Source: Octopus sinensis
Taxonomy: Eukaryota
DNA length: 64,000 bases
NCBI RefSeq assembly: GCF_006345805.1
Contig: NC_042997.1
Location: 65,472,001 to 65,536,000, forward strand
Reading direction: 5' to 3'
A program made the position numbers and the translations under genes. The notes under the pieces are model-generated. The model did no database searches. It was not told the DNA's origin and saw only the letters and a program-made list of their open reading frames with translations. Below, piece after piece: positions 28,296 through 40,788 of this stretch (its first letter is position 1; each line of letters begins with the position of its first letter).

Positions 28296-28652
28296 TGGAG
28301 GTGCAATGGCCCAGTGGTTAGGGCAGCGGACTCGCGGTCGCAGGATCGATGCCCAGACCAGGCGATGTGAGTGTTTATTGAACGAAAATACCCAAAGCTC
28401 CACGAGACTCGGGCATCTAGGGCGGGAACGAACCATGCTGTACTCTTTCTGCTCAACTTTCTCTCTTTTTCTTCCTCTTTCTATTGTGCCTGTATTTCAA
28501 ACGGCCAGCCTTGTCACACTCTGTGTCACGCTGAATCTTCACGAGAACTACCTTAAGGGTACACGTGTCTGTGGAGAGCTCAGCCACTTGCACAGGCTGT
28601 TCCGTTGATCGGAACAACTGCAACCCTCGTCGTCGTAACAGACGTAGTGCCA
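28296..28652 (+). mobile_element. SINE type C
   Basis: Colinear with 23524-23911, with small deletions. Confidence 0.9.
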
Positions 28653-28661
28653 CGATATATA

Positions 28662-28860
28662 TAGGCACAAGAGTGGCTCTGTGGTAAGTAGCTTGCTTAC
28701 CAGCCACATGGTTCTGGGTTTAGACCCACTGCGTGGCACCTTGGGCGGGTGTCTTCTTCTATAGCCTCGGACCGAACAAATACTTGTGAGTGGATTTGGT
28801 AGACGGAAATTGAAAGTAGCTCGTGGCATATATATTTATTGTGCGTGTGTGTGTGTATGT
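28662..28860 (+). mobile_element. SINE type A 5' half
   Basis: Head to central microsatellite; no 3' half follows. Confidence 0.85.
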
Positions 28861-29110
28861 GTGTGTGTATGTGTGTGTATCTGTATGTATGTATATATAT
28901 ATATATATATATATATCTATATATATATATATACCTTTAAATATTTGTTGTGCAAGATTTTTTATGTGAAGTCGTGTGTTGAAACAGATATTGTTATATT
29001 TCGGAATGGTCATATTGCCAGTTTACCCAATATAAAAACCACGCACTATATATTTGGTGTTATTTTGCTTCAGTGATATTTATTTTTTACATTAATCTTA
29101 ATCTTATTTC

Positions 29111-29155
29111 GGCCAAAGTTCTTTCGTCACACTCCTGTGACCGCATCAGTGGTCC
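29111..29155 (-). ncRNA. Hammerhead-like motif, left arm
   Basis: GGACCA-CUGAUGC-G-GUCAC-AGGAGU-GUGAC-GAAA-GAAC-UU-UGGCC. Confidence 0.55.
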
Positions 29156-29476
29156 TTTGTTTTCTTCTCACTTACTTGTCTCTCCTTACTAACCGTCAGC
29201 CATTTTGTATTTCTATTGTATGTCTTCATCTGCGCATGCTTATATCTCTATGTGCGTCTATGTTTATTTAGTGTGTGTGGGGGGGGGATGCCTGTAATAT
29301 TTGTATCTTCTGGGTATATACATTCTTGTAATTTGTATTTTGTTTTGTTGTTGTTGCTTTTGTTCTAATTTTGTTCATGTGTTTACATCCACCCATTATT
29401 ATCATTACATATGCTTGTATGTATGTATAACAACAATATTAGTAATAATAATAATAAATCTAATTGAAAAAAAAAA

Positions 29477-29536
<60 letters not shown>

Positions 29537-29873
29537 TATATTATATAATACATACATATACACACTATTCATATATATATATATATACATATACATACAT
29601 AGATATATACATATATATAGTTATTCATTTCTATTTGTTTATTTATCTGTGTATTTATTATGTTTTCAGGATCCTCTATCGTCATATGTTGTGGTGTGTG
29701 CTATTGCTCCATTCTAGTTTTCTATTCAGGCTAGGTTTATTTTCTATTATATGTGTAGCTTCTGTAATTTGTCTAATTGTTGCATCTGTTCTATGTGTGG
29801 ACAATATCTTAATCTCTATGTTATTGATTGATCCCCCGTGTTCTTGTTCAGCGTGTTGGTACAGAATCGATGA

Positions 29874-30452
29874 AATAGGGAAGGCCAACTCTTGGTATGA
29901 TAGCCATAAATACCAGAGTGTCATGTTCGTTGACACCACCCCTGGAGGTGAACTGGCGTACCGCTTTAGAAGGACCCTAGATAAACTTAAACTAAGAATT
30001 AAGGTTGTTGAAAAGCCAGGCAACCCTATCAGATCTATAATTGGTAGAAGCTATCCTTTTAGTAGAACTCTCTGTACGGATAACTATTGCACTGTATGTA
30101 GATTTAGCCCACAAACAAACTGTAAAGCCAGAAATGTGGTCTATAGTATAAGATGTATAGAGGGACGATGCAGTAACAAGACAGTAACATACGTAGGGGA
30201 AACAGCAAGAAGCATTGGTGAGCGGTGAATGAACATTGGAGACAACTCAAGGAAGGTAAAAGCTCATCGATTCTGTACCAACACGCTGAACAAGAACACG
30301 GGGATCAATCAATAACATAGAGATTAAGATATTGTCCACACATAGAACAGATGCACAATTAGACAAATTACAGAAGCTACACATATATAGAAAATAAACC
30401 TAGCCTGAATAGAAAACTAGAATTGAGCAATAGCGCACACCACAACATATGA
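29874..30452 (+). pseudogene. PLE linker, Cys-rich motif and GIY-YIG endonuclease
   Basis: VMFVDTTPGGELAYRF...KVVEKPG...CTDNYCTVC...CKARNVVYSIRC...YVGETARSIGER/NEH...HAEQEHG...EATHIIENKPSLN, with 1-bp frameshifts. Confidence 0.85.
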
Positions 30453-30592
30453 CGATAGTGGATCCAGCAAACATAATAAATACACAGATAATTAAAGAAA
30501 TAGAAATGAATAACTATATATATGTATATGTGTATGTATATGTGTATATGTGTGTGTATGTGTGTATATATATGATATATATAATATGTATA

Positions 30593-30637
<45 letters not shown>

Positions 30638-30952
30638 TTCAATTAGATTTATTATTATTATTACTAATATTGTTGTTATACATACATACAAGCATATGTA
30701 ATGATATAATGGGTGGATGTAAACACATGAACAAAATTAGACAAAAAAAAGCAACAACAAAAACAAAATACAAATTACAAGAATGTATATAACCAGAAGA
30801 TACAAATATTACAGGCATCCCCCCCACACACACACTAAATAAACATAGACGCACATAGAGATATAAGCATGCGCAGATGAAGACATACAATAGAAATACA
30901 AAATGGCTGACGGTTAGTAAGGAGAGACACAAGTAAGTGAGAAGAAAACAAA

Positions 30953-30997
30953 GGACCACTGATGCGGTCACAGGAGTGTGACGAAAGAACTTTGGCC
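30953..30997 (+). ncRNA. Hammerhead-like motif, right arm
   Basis: Same sequence as 29111-29155 on the opposite strand. Confidence 0.55.
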
Positions 30998-31113
30998 GAA
31001 ATAAATTAAGATTAATGTAAAAAATAAATATCACTGAAGCAAAATAACACCAAATATATAGTGCGTGTGTTTTATTGGCTAAACTGGCAATATGACCATT
31101 CCGAAATATAACA

Positions 31114-31170
<57 letters not shown>

Positions 31171-31173
<3 letters not shown>

Positions 31174-31275
31174 CGCTGTATGATAAGAAACTTTCCTCGC
31201 AACAACATGTCAACTTGGGAAAGTGGCTTCTACTATAGCCTCGAGCCGAGAAAAGAGACTAAACGAAACATTTCG

Positions 31276-31308
<33 letters not shown>

Positions 31309-31530
31309 GTGTGTGTATGTGTATTTGTGTGTGTGTGACTGTTTTGTCCGCTCACCATCGCTGAACAACTGATGGTGATGTCTTTAGTCCCTGTAACTTG
31401 ATGGTTTGGCAGGGAGTGATAAAATTACTACTACGCTTACAAAGTATATTTCCTGGGGTCGGTTTCTTCGACTAAAGGCGGCACTCCAACATGGCGGCAG
31501 TCAAATGACTGAAACAAGTAAAAGAATATA
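31171..31530 (+). mobile_element. SINE type A, degenerate
   Basis: TTCGACTAAAGGCGGCACTCCAACATGGC...TGACTGAAACAAGTAAAAG tail. Confidence 0.8.
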
Positions 31531-31557
31531 CACACGCACACATACATACATACATAC

Positions 31558-31613
<56 letters not shown>

Positions 31614-33795
31614 TTATATATATATAGTATGATGTACGTATGTATGTATGTATGTATACCTATATCCTTCTGTTTTATTTCAAGATTTCTTGGCAATAAA
31701 GAAGAGCCGATTTCTAACCTAGATCCATCGCTCCTTCGTTGGAATTTCAACAGCAACAAAGTATTTGTGCATGTATGTGTGTATATTTGCAATATTTAAA
31801 GTCAATGTAAATATACGTATGTATGTATGTATGTATGTATGTATGTATGTATGTATGTATGTATGTATGGACGGATGGATAAATGGATGGATGGATGGAT
31901 GGATGGATGGATGGATGGATGAGTGTGTGTGCATGAATATATTGTGGCTGAAAGCCCCTCTGAAATATTGTTGTGAATTATACGTGGGACAGTGATTTAG
32001 TTTTCGTATAAATTAACACATGTATGACAAATTCATAAATTACATAAATTATAGGTTGGAGAAATATTGTGTTGAATGAGAAAATGAATAGGCAAATGAA
32101 TTGTAAAGAATATAAGTTGCTTAAATAGCTACGAATAAAGCATACATATGTTGCAAAACTTTCGAATTTAACACAATTCGCCTATTGCCAAGTTTTGTGT
32201 TAACTAAACAAGACGTCGATTGCAAGTGCTGTACTTTAAAATTATACATAAAATATAAGCAATTCTTTTAGTAGAAAATTTCAGTGTTAAAAAGACTAAT
32301 GCGATTCTATATTTATGGCTCATTCACAAGTGGTTCAGCATGGAAAGTTACTGCAGTATATTTTGCTCAATAAATGTATATTATTAAAAGCAACGGATCT
32401 TCGTCGTAAACCATAAATATTTCTCGGTTATTGGTATAATTCTTCTTACATAATCAAATCGATGGTAATACATAAGATTGTAGTTTTCATATTTTAACTT
32501 CATTGACCTTTTCTGGCGACGATGTGCTGCTCATTCTGAAAGAGCCAGTGCCAAAGGTTTACAAATTCTTGATATCTAACATTTAGAAAATTCATATTCC
32601 ATAATATTGTCAAGTTGTTGAAAACATAACTAATTGGATATTTTTAGGTATTCGCTTTGGATATTGCATTAAAAATTTAATCTTATTTATTCATTTCATT
32701 GAAGCAGTCCTATGTATCTCTGTACCAAGCGAACATGCATTAATTACTTGTCTTTGTAATCTATAAACATGACCATCTGTGTTAACTATAATCCTCCCGG
32801 CGGGAGGCTGAGTTAGTAATAATTCCCCTTTGTTTATAAATATTTCACAAAATGTCTTAGTTTTTAATATATTTAATTCACGTTTCAGATCCTATTGAGA
32901 ATTTATTGGTTATTTTTAATATAGTTTCTATGTGTGAACGTGTGCTAATATTTATAGTAAATATATGGCCGACTTGTTAAGAAAATTCCTTCACAATTCT
33001 CTGGTTCGGAAACCAGTTCCACTACGCAACTCAATGAACAACCATACTCTACCATAAACTTGAGTCAATAAAGACTTGCGTATGAAATTGTAGACTTTGG
33101 TTGAACCGACATCCTTAAAGGTTCTTGAGAATTTGCACATACGCTCGTCCTATAACGATGCTCAATCCTTTTTTTTAATTTTTTTTTTTTAACATTGATA
33201 TTAGGAACAATAAAATTCTCCAATGTATCGTCACTGTCTTTAGACATACACCATTTCGTTATTTTGTGGAACTAATCATGGAGCATATCGCGAACGATTT
33301 ATAGTGTGCATAGTTAACATTATTGATACTGGTATTATTGCTCAAATTTGAATGTATTAACGTTGGATTTATAGTCATTGTTAAATGAGATTCATTCTGC
33401 TAGCTTTATATTTTCATTTGTAATTAGTTTACATCCTTGGCATGTTTATATTTGAAAACAAGACATACTGAGTCGATGTGCACGAATGAAAAGCATATAT
33501 ATTAACATCTTACTGACGACATATAAGTCTCAAAAAATCAAAAATATATCAACAGTAATGTTTACACCAATCATGCACATCCTGCCTCCTGAGGAGGGAG
33601 CGGCACGTTCGAATATCATTACATCTTTACGGTGGAAGTCAACACAGACTGATGACAGGTATCGGTAATTTACTGTGCAAAGCAAAAAGCAACGATTTCA
33701 TACGAATATATATATGTGTGTGTGTGTGGTGTGTGTGTGTGTGTATGTGTGTGCATGTGCGCGTGTGCGTGTGTGTGTGTGTGCGTGCGTGCGTG

Positions 33796-33828
<33 letters not shown>

Positions 33829-34195
33829 TGATATAAATAGTTAGGCGAAATGTAATATAACAACGGAAAATTGTGACAAGGCACCTACATTGTTAGAAAT
33901 AAGAGCTAGAAACTATTCATGCTCTAAGAAGAGCGCAATATATATAACGACATGGGATACAATTGCCCCATGACCGTCTCTAGAATCACTACACTAGGCC
34001 TAGTTTCGCTTATTCTGTAGGCACCGTCAGTAGTGACTACTCAAACGGTCGATAGTTTGTCTAATTCCGTCTACTAATATATATATATTATATATGATAT
34101 ATAATTTTAATCCAAAGGGAAACAAAAAAAACAACAACCAGGAACAATTACAGTATTATTATTATAGGCGCTCAGGAGATGGAAGCAGGGAGGTA

Positions 34196-34223
34196 TGACG
34201 TTTCGAGCGGAGCTCTTCGTCGG
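34196..34223 (-). ncRNA. Minimal hammerhead motif with U4C
   Basis: CCGACGA-A-GAGC-UCC-GCUC-GAAA-CG-UC; palindromic stem III, weak stem I. Confidence 0.6.
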
Positions 34224-37116
34224 AACATAAGAAAGAAGAGAGAGGAAAGAAAGATCCCAGAGCGGGCAACAGGGAAAGAGAAAAAAGACGACTGGTGTTT
34301 ACGAGTTGCACATGGTGAAGGCGATGTTGACGATAACAAGAGCAAAGTGGGTTTTTAAAGGCAAAAGAGTGGAGACAGGTTGGTAACCCAACAGATGTGT
34401 GTGTATGTGTGAGTGTGTGCATGTGCGTGTGTGTATGTGTGTGTGTGAGGCGAGATGAAAAAACAAAAAATAAAAAATATAGTGTGTGTTAGTGTGTGCG
34501 TCTGTGTGTAGGCGTGTGAGGTAGGCGAGACTAGTGGTCAGCTAGCAACAAGAAAAAGAAGAAGGAGGAAGGAGGTCAGTAGTAAGAAAAAAGAAGGAAG
34601 GAGGAAGGGAGGGAGGGGAAGGGGTGGGGCGTATGTAGCGTGCCAGCGTGTGTTGAGTAGTGTGTGTGTGTTGTCCAGTGTCGTGGTGGTATTAATGAGT
34701 AGATTGAATGTGTGTAAGAGTGATGTATATATAGGCAAGTTGTATATGTGTGCGCGTGTGTGTACGAAAAAAGGGGGGGGTTAAGAAAAAGGACTCCAGC
34801 TGAGGGAAGATGGAAGAGTGGTACCGCGGAGACGGCGTGGGAAAACCCACGACACGCGACGGTCCCAGGAACGGGCGGGAGGTCTCGTCAGGTCCAAGGG
34901 CGAGGTGTATGCGACGCGTATGCACGCGAGCCGGCGAAGTGCGTATGTGCGCGTGCCTGCGAGTATGCGAGTACGTATGTATGTGTGTAGATGTGTGAGT
35001 GTGTCTGTGTGTATGTCTGGGTGGCAGTGTGTGCGATGAATGTATGTGAGTATGTGTGTATGTATGTGTGTGCATAGATGTATGTCCGTGTGTGTGGTGT
35101 ATGTGTGTGATGGTGTATGTATGTACGTGTGGGTGTGGGGAAGTGTGTGTATGTGCATGTGTGTGCGCGTACATACAGGTGTGTGAGTAAGTGTGTGTGT
35201 GTGTATGTATGTGTGAGTGTGTATTATGTGTGTTTCGGATGCATGTATGTGTATGGGTTTATGTATGCGTGTGTGTATGTATGTATGTGTACGTGCGTGT
35301 GTGTGTGTGTATGCGTGTAGGTGTGCGCGTGTGCATGCATGCATGCATGTGCGTATGTGTGTGTGTGTGTGCATGTGTGTGGGTATTATGTATGTGCGTA
35401 TATGTGTGTGTATGTGCGTACATGTGTGTGTGTGTATGCATGTGTGTGTATGTAGGTGTGTAGGCGTGTGTGTATAGGTGTATGTATGTAAGTATGTGTG
35501 GGTGTGTCCGTGTATGTGTGTGTATGTATGTTGTGTATGTAGGTGTGTGGGCGTGTGTGTATGTGTGTGTATGTACGTGTGTGGGCGTGTGTATATAGGT
35601 GTATGTCTGGGTGTGTGTCCGTGCATGTTTGTTGTGTGTGTGTATGCATGTGTATGTTGGTGTGTGTGTACGTGTAATGTATTGTGTGTGCGTGTGTATG
35701 CGCGTGCGTGTGTGTATGTAGGTGCGTGTGTATGTGTGTGGGAGTGTAGGTGTGTGTGTGCGTGTGCGTGTTTATGTTGGTGTGTGCGTATGTGAGTGTG
35801 AGTGTATGGTGTTTGTCATGCATGTGTGTGCGCGTGCAGGTGAGTGTGTGTGTAAGTATGTGTGTGTGTATGTTTGTGTGAGTGTGTATGTGTGTATGTC
35901 TTTGTGTATGTATGTGCGTATAGGAGTATGTGGGTATGTGTGTATGTATGTATATGGGTGTATGTATGTATTGTGTGTGTGTGTGTGCATGTGTATAAGT
36001 ATATGTGTGTGTGCGTATGTGTGTATATGTATATGTGTGTGTGTTTATGTTGTTGTGTATGTGTGTGTAGGCGTGTGTGTGTAGATGTATGTATGTATGG
36101 GTGTGTGTCCGTGTGTGTTTGTGTGTGTGTAGGTAGATGTGTGTGTCTGAATGAGGGTATGGCTGTGTAGGTGTGTGTGTGTATGAATGTAAGTGTGTGT
36201 GTATACAAGTGTAATGTATGTATGTAGGTGTGTGTGGGTGTGTGTATGTGTACGTGTGCGTGTGTATGTGTGTGTGTGTATGCGGTGTGAGTGTGAGTGT
36301 ATGGGTGTATGTCTTGTGTGTGTGTATGTCTGAAGTAGGTATGTATGTGTATGTATGTATGTGTGTGTGTGTGCAGTATGTGTGTGTATGTGTGTGTGTG
36401 AGTAGGTGTGCGTGTATGTATGTGGGTAGGGATGCATGCGAGTGTGTGGGTATGTATGCATACATACTACGCGCACATCCGAAGCAAGCCCACACCACAA
36501 AGCGCGCTCACGCACACAACGCACGAGCAGTACAACGCAAGCCCAGGGGCCGACCAAGCCCCCAGCGCGCGCCAAGGCGCGCGAGCGCAAAGGCCCTCGA
36601 ACGCGGGAAGCCGAGGATCCATCAGCCAAAACCGGAAAGCAGAAAAGAGGGGGGCTGCCTGGATGCAAAAAGGTGTATGTGTGTGTGCATTCAGTGTAAG
36701 GGTGTGCATGTGTGGGCATGTATGTATGTATGTATGTGCCTACATGTATGTTTGCATGTGTGTGGTGAAGTATGTACGTGCGTGTGGTGTGTGTGTGTGA
36801 GTGTGTGTGTATGTATGTGCGTAGTATGTGGTGTGTGTATGTGTGTATGTATGTCTGTGTGTGTGTGTGTGTGTGTAAGTATGTATGTGTGTGCGTATGT
36901 ATGTATTGTGTGTGTATGTGCATGTTGTTTGTATGTTAGTGTGTGCTAGTATGTCTGTAAGTGTGTGTGATTAAATGTGTGAATGTATGTACGTAAATGG
37001 GTCTGCGTATGTGTGTGTGTGAACAGCGTGTGGGAGGTAGGTGGTTGGGTGTGGTGGGAGGTAGGTGGTGGGTTGTGCGGTGGGAGGCAGGTGGGTGTGT
37101 GGTGTGTGGGTGGTGT

Positions 37117-37154
<38 letters not shown>

Positions 37155-37159
37155 CATAT

Positions 37160-39360
37160 CTCAGAGAGGGGGCTGTGTTAAGTCCGTGTGGGGTGGTAGT
37201 TTGTAGGGTGAATGTAGCGTTGCTCCAAGTGGAGCCTGAAAGTGGGCGACCTTGGTGGGGGCGAGACCAAACACTGAGATGTCATCTAGGGAATGGCCGG
37301 CCGAACGGAAGTGGCGTGCGACGGGAGAAAGAGAGTGTAGGCGAACGTCCCTTAAGTGCTCAGTGAACGGTCGGACAACCGGCGTCCCGTCTGTCCTACA
37401 TACAGCATCCCGCATAGGTTGCATTTAATGCAGTAAATAAGGCCAGACGAGGTGCACGTAAAAGAGTGCCTAATGCGTACAGTGTGCAGTTGGAGCCGGT
37501 GACAGCGGTGGTGTTGGTGATGAAGGGCAAGTGTTGCAGCGGGATCTAGAGCAAGGGAATGATCCGTGTGGGGCTGAGGGGAAGAGAGAAGGGTGCTGTG
37601 GACGGAGGTCACGCAGATTGCGGGCTCGTTTGAAAGAGGACAGGGTAGGTTAGGGAAAATGGGGCGGGTGGTGGGATCAAGCTGGAGGCGACGGAAGGCA
37701 CGTATATCTTGCGACGAAGGGTAGGGTAGAGGGGGAAAAGGAGGGGGAAGGGGTGCGGTTGGGGGGTGGGGCGGGGGGAGGAGACAGGCGGTAGTGCGGT
37801 CGATGCGACGGGCGCGGGTGAGGGCATCAGAGAGGAGTATGGGTGGGTAACCTCGGAGTCTGAACATGCGGGCCAGGTATTGAGATTGGGTCTCGAAATC
37901 CTGGTCGCGGCTGCACAAACGGGGGCGGAGGCGAACTGGGAGTAGGGATGGCTCGTTTGGTGTGGAAGGGGTGGGAGGAAGAGAAGTTGAGATAGAGGTG
38001 GGAATCCGTAGGTTTAAAAAAGGCGGTGGTGGTGAGAGATCTGGAGGGGTGATCGATGCGGAGAGAGATGTCAAGGAAGTTGACAGAGGTGTTGGAGATG
38101 GTGGAGGTGAATTGAAGGGAGGGGTGAAAGTTGGAAAGGAAGAGATGAAATTGGCAGAGAAGTTTTCGCGGGAAAGGGAGGTGGCACCTACGCAGTCGTC
38201 GATATAGCGACCGTATAGTTCGGCGGGGGTCGGCCCAGAGAACTGGGAGAACACTTGGGCCTCAATGTAGCCAAGAAAGAGACTGGCGAAATTGGGGCCC
38301 ATCCTAGTTCCCATCGCGACCCCGGACACCTGTTGGTACGTTTCCCCGGCGAACGTGAAGCAATGAGGGTGAGGACGAGCTCAGCCAAACGGAGAAGGGT
38401 GGGGGTGCTGGGGGTGGGGTCGGGACGACGTCGAGGAAGTGTTGGAGGGCTAGGAGACCGTCGTTGTGGGGAATCACTGTGTACAGGGATTTTACATCTA
38501 AGTGAAGAGGAGGTGTGAGGGGCTGGAAGGGAAGGAAAAGGATTGAAGAGACGGAGGCGTGGTTGGTGTCGTGTATGTGGGATGGGAGGGCTGCGACTAA
38601 GGGGGACAGGATGCGGTCGAGGTATAGGGAATGAGTTTCAGTGGGGCAATTACAGGCAGAGACTATGGACGGCCAGGATTAGAGGGTTATGGATCTTGGG
38701 AAGGAAGTAGATGTGGAGGTGCGGGGTGTGCGGACGATGAGGTTGGTGGCGGTTGAGGGTGAGAGCGGAGGAGGAGATGAGGTCGTGGATGGTGGGACAC
38801 TCGTTTTGGTAGGAGGAGGTGGGATCGGGGGGAGGAGGCGATAGAAGAGTGGATTTTGAAGCTGGTTGAGCGCTTCCTCCCTGTATAGGTCCGCGCGCCA
38901 CACTACCACTGCCCCGCCTTTGTCCGCCGTTTTGATGACAATGTCATCACGACGACGGCGGAGGTGGCGAAGGGCAATGGATCGGCGCCCCGAGTGAGGT
39001 TGGCTCGGCGGGGTCTTGGTTCAATTTGAAAACGGTGGACCCAAAGCGTTGCAGTCATGTACAAACGAATCTAGGCTACTGAAAAGGCCTGGGGGCGGCG
39101 TCCAGATGGATGGACGACGCCCCAGCTCCAAAAAGCAATCCTGATTGTTTTGACGCTGCGGGGACGCGTGGTAGTATGCGCGAAGTTTGAGGCGGCGCAG
39201 GAACAGGTTGACGTCCGCTCCGAGTCTCGAACTCATCACCAGTGGCGCGTGAGTGGCGTGAAGCGGAGACCTTACTGAGGAGGGAGCGCTCAGCGGCGGA
39301 GAGGGGGAGGTGGGGGGGTATAGTGACAACAGCGCGAGGAAGCGGGGTGGTGGGAAGACT
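37160..39360 (-). pseudogene. PLE RT plus GIY-YIG polyprotein, heavily frameshifted
   Basis: FLRRLKLRAYYH, LDVKSLYTVIP, GVAMGTRMGPNFA, YGRYIDDCVG (about 38195-38206), RDQDFETQ...RGYP, HSFTCTSSGLIYCIKCNLCGMLYVGQTGRRLSDR, PVARHF. Confidence 0.9.
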
Positions 39361-39651
39361 AGGGGCAGGCGAAATATAATATATATATATGTTGTTTCTT
39401 TTTACCATAAACATATATGGCTGATTTAGCAAAATGATAATGGGTATAATAAAAATTAACATAAACAGCTAGTTGCATTATAATACCATGAAGGAAAAAT
39501 TTATATGGGTGCACTCAAGCATCTGTATATAACATATACACGCACTCACACATATAACTAAATATATGCTTATTTGCCGATTGAGGAAACTAAGAAAACA
39601 TTGCTTAGAAGTAGGCACTAGGGATTTTGACCTTTAAATTTTTGGAAAAAA

Positions 39652-39679
39652 ATGCGGATTATACTCGAGGATTACGGTA
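39652..39679. mobile_element. Possible pogo/Tc1-superfamily terminal repeat remnant
   Basis: TGCGGATTATACTCGAGGATTACGG-TA resembles pogo-like termini; no partner TIR seen. Confidence 0.3.
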
Positions 39680-39692
39680 TAATCACATATAT

Positions 39693-39772
<80 letters not shown>

Positions 39773-39979
39773 GTGAGGTATTGTCCGGATACCGTATTGG
39801 CTCTCAATTAAGCCCCAGTTAACGGTTAACCACAAAGATCAATATCCAACATCTGTGTCTACCTTTTGTTATTAGTCACTCCGAGAACTATACCGACGAG
39901 CAAACTAGAGTTTTCGTCGCTAGACGGAAAAAATTGTCTCGAGTATGTGTTCATAGTAATAATAATGAAGATTATGGAG

Positions 39980-40167
39980 ATTTGTACATCCACATAATTT
40001 ATTTTATGGTTATATACAGTATATTATAATGACCTACACCTGTTTCCTTGATGAAGCTACACCGAGAATATTGCAAGGTTGCACTACCAACAGAGTAGTT
40101 GCTACAGCAGAAATACATGTAGGTCATTACAATATGTTGTATAAACTATAAAAGAAATTTTGTGGAT
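39980..40167. repeat. Inverted repeat (about 65-bp arms) around an HHR-like loop
   Basis: TTGTACATCCACATAATTT...GACCTACA mirrored by TGTAGGTC...TTTTGTGGATGTACAA. Confidence 0.85.
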
Positions 40168-40292
40168 GTACAAGTCTTTAAACTTGCTATTTAATTATTC
40201 ATATATATAATATATAATATATATTATATATATATATATGTATATATTAGATATATATATATATAATATTATATATAATATATATATATATA

Positions 40293-40699
40293 TAGGAGTG
40301 GCTGTGTGGTAAGTAGCTTGCTAACTAACCACATGGTTCCGGGTTCATTCCCCACTGCGTGGCATCATGGGCAAGTGTCTTCTGCTATAGCTCCGGGCGA
40401 CCAATGCCTTGTGAGTGGATTTGGTAGACGGAAACTGAAAGAAGCCTGTCGTATATATGTATATGTATATATATGTATGTATGTGGGTTTTTGTGTGTCT
40501 GTGTTTGTCCCCTACATTGCTTGACAACCGAAGCTGGTGTGTTTTACGTCCCCGTCACTTAGCGGTTCGGCAAAAGTGACCGATAGAATAAGTACTCTGG
40601 GCTTACAAAGAATAAGTCCCGGGGTCGATTTGCTCGACTAAAGGCGGTGCTCCAGCATGGCCGCAGTCAAATGACTGAAACAAGTAAAAGAGTAAAAGA

Positions 40700-40700
<1 letters not shown>
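40293..40700 (+). mobile_element. SINE type A, full length
   Basis: GGAGTGGCTGTGTGGTAAG head to GTAAAAGAGTAAAAGAG tail; between (TA)n tracts. Confidence 0.93.
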
Positions 40701-40732
<32 letters not shown>

Positions 40733-40788
40733 CAGACGATATGTTAACTTTGTGAAGGGATGGTTGGGAAATACTGGTCCAATATCTA

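Larger units (their letters stand above)
28988..31117 (+). mobile_element. 5'-truncated PLE (Naiad-like) with inverted copy of its 3' end
   Basis: Arms 28988-29873 and 30264-31117 are reverse complements around a 390-bp unique spacer; spacer plus right arm encode a GIY-YIG endonuclease. Confidence 0.88.
34102..39375 (-). mobile_element. Near full-length Neptune-type PLE with about 3 kb CA-rich 3' region
   Basis: ORF remnants 39360-37160, CA-rich tail, terminal pLTR with HHR motif; TA-rich flanks at both ends. Confidence 0.9.

Noticed and set aside
30226-30228. TGA within the Naiad-like endonuclease as possible selenocysteine
   Set aside because: It arises from a 1-bp deletion (the frame resumes as NEHW in a shifted frame) and is not at a Cys position; the Cys codons read are normal
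32793-32820. CCTCCC-GGC-GGGAGG hairpin as a Helitron 3' end
   Set aside because: Followed by TTAG rather than CTRR, and no other support
33585-33660. CUGAGGA...GAGC/GUUC-GAAU and a nearby CUGAUGA
   Set aside because: No intact GAAA and no stem I or III, so not called a hammerhead
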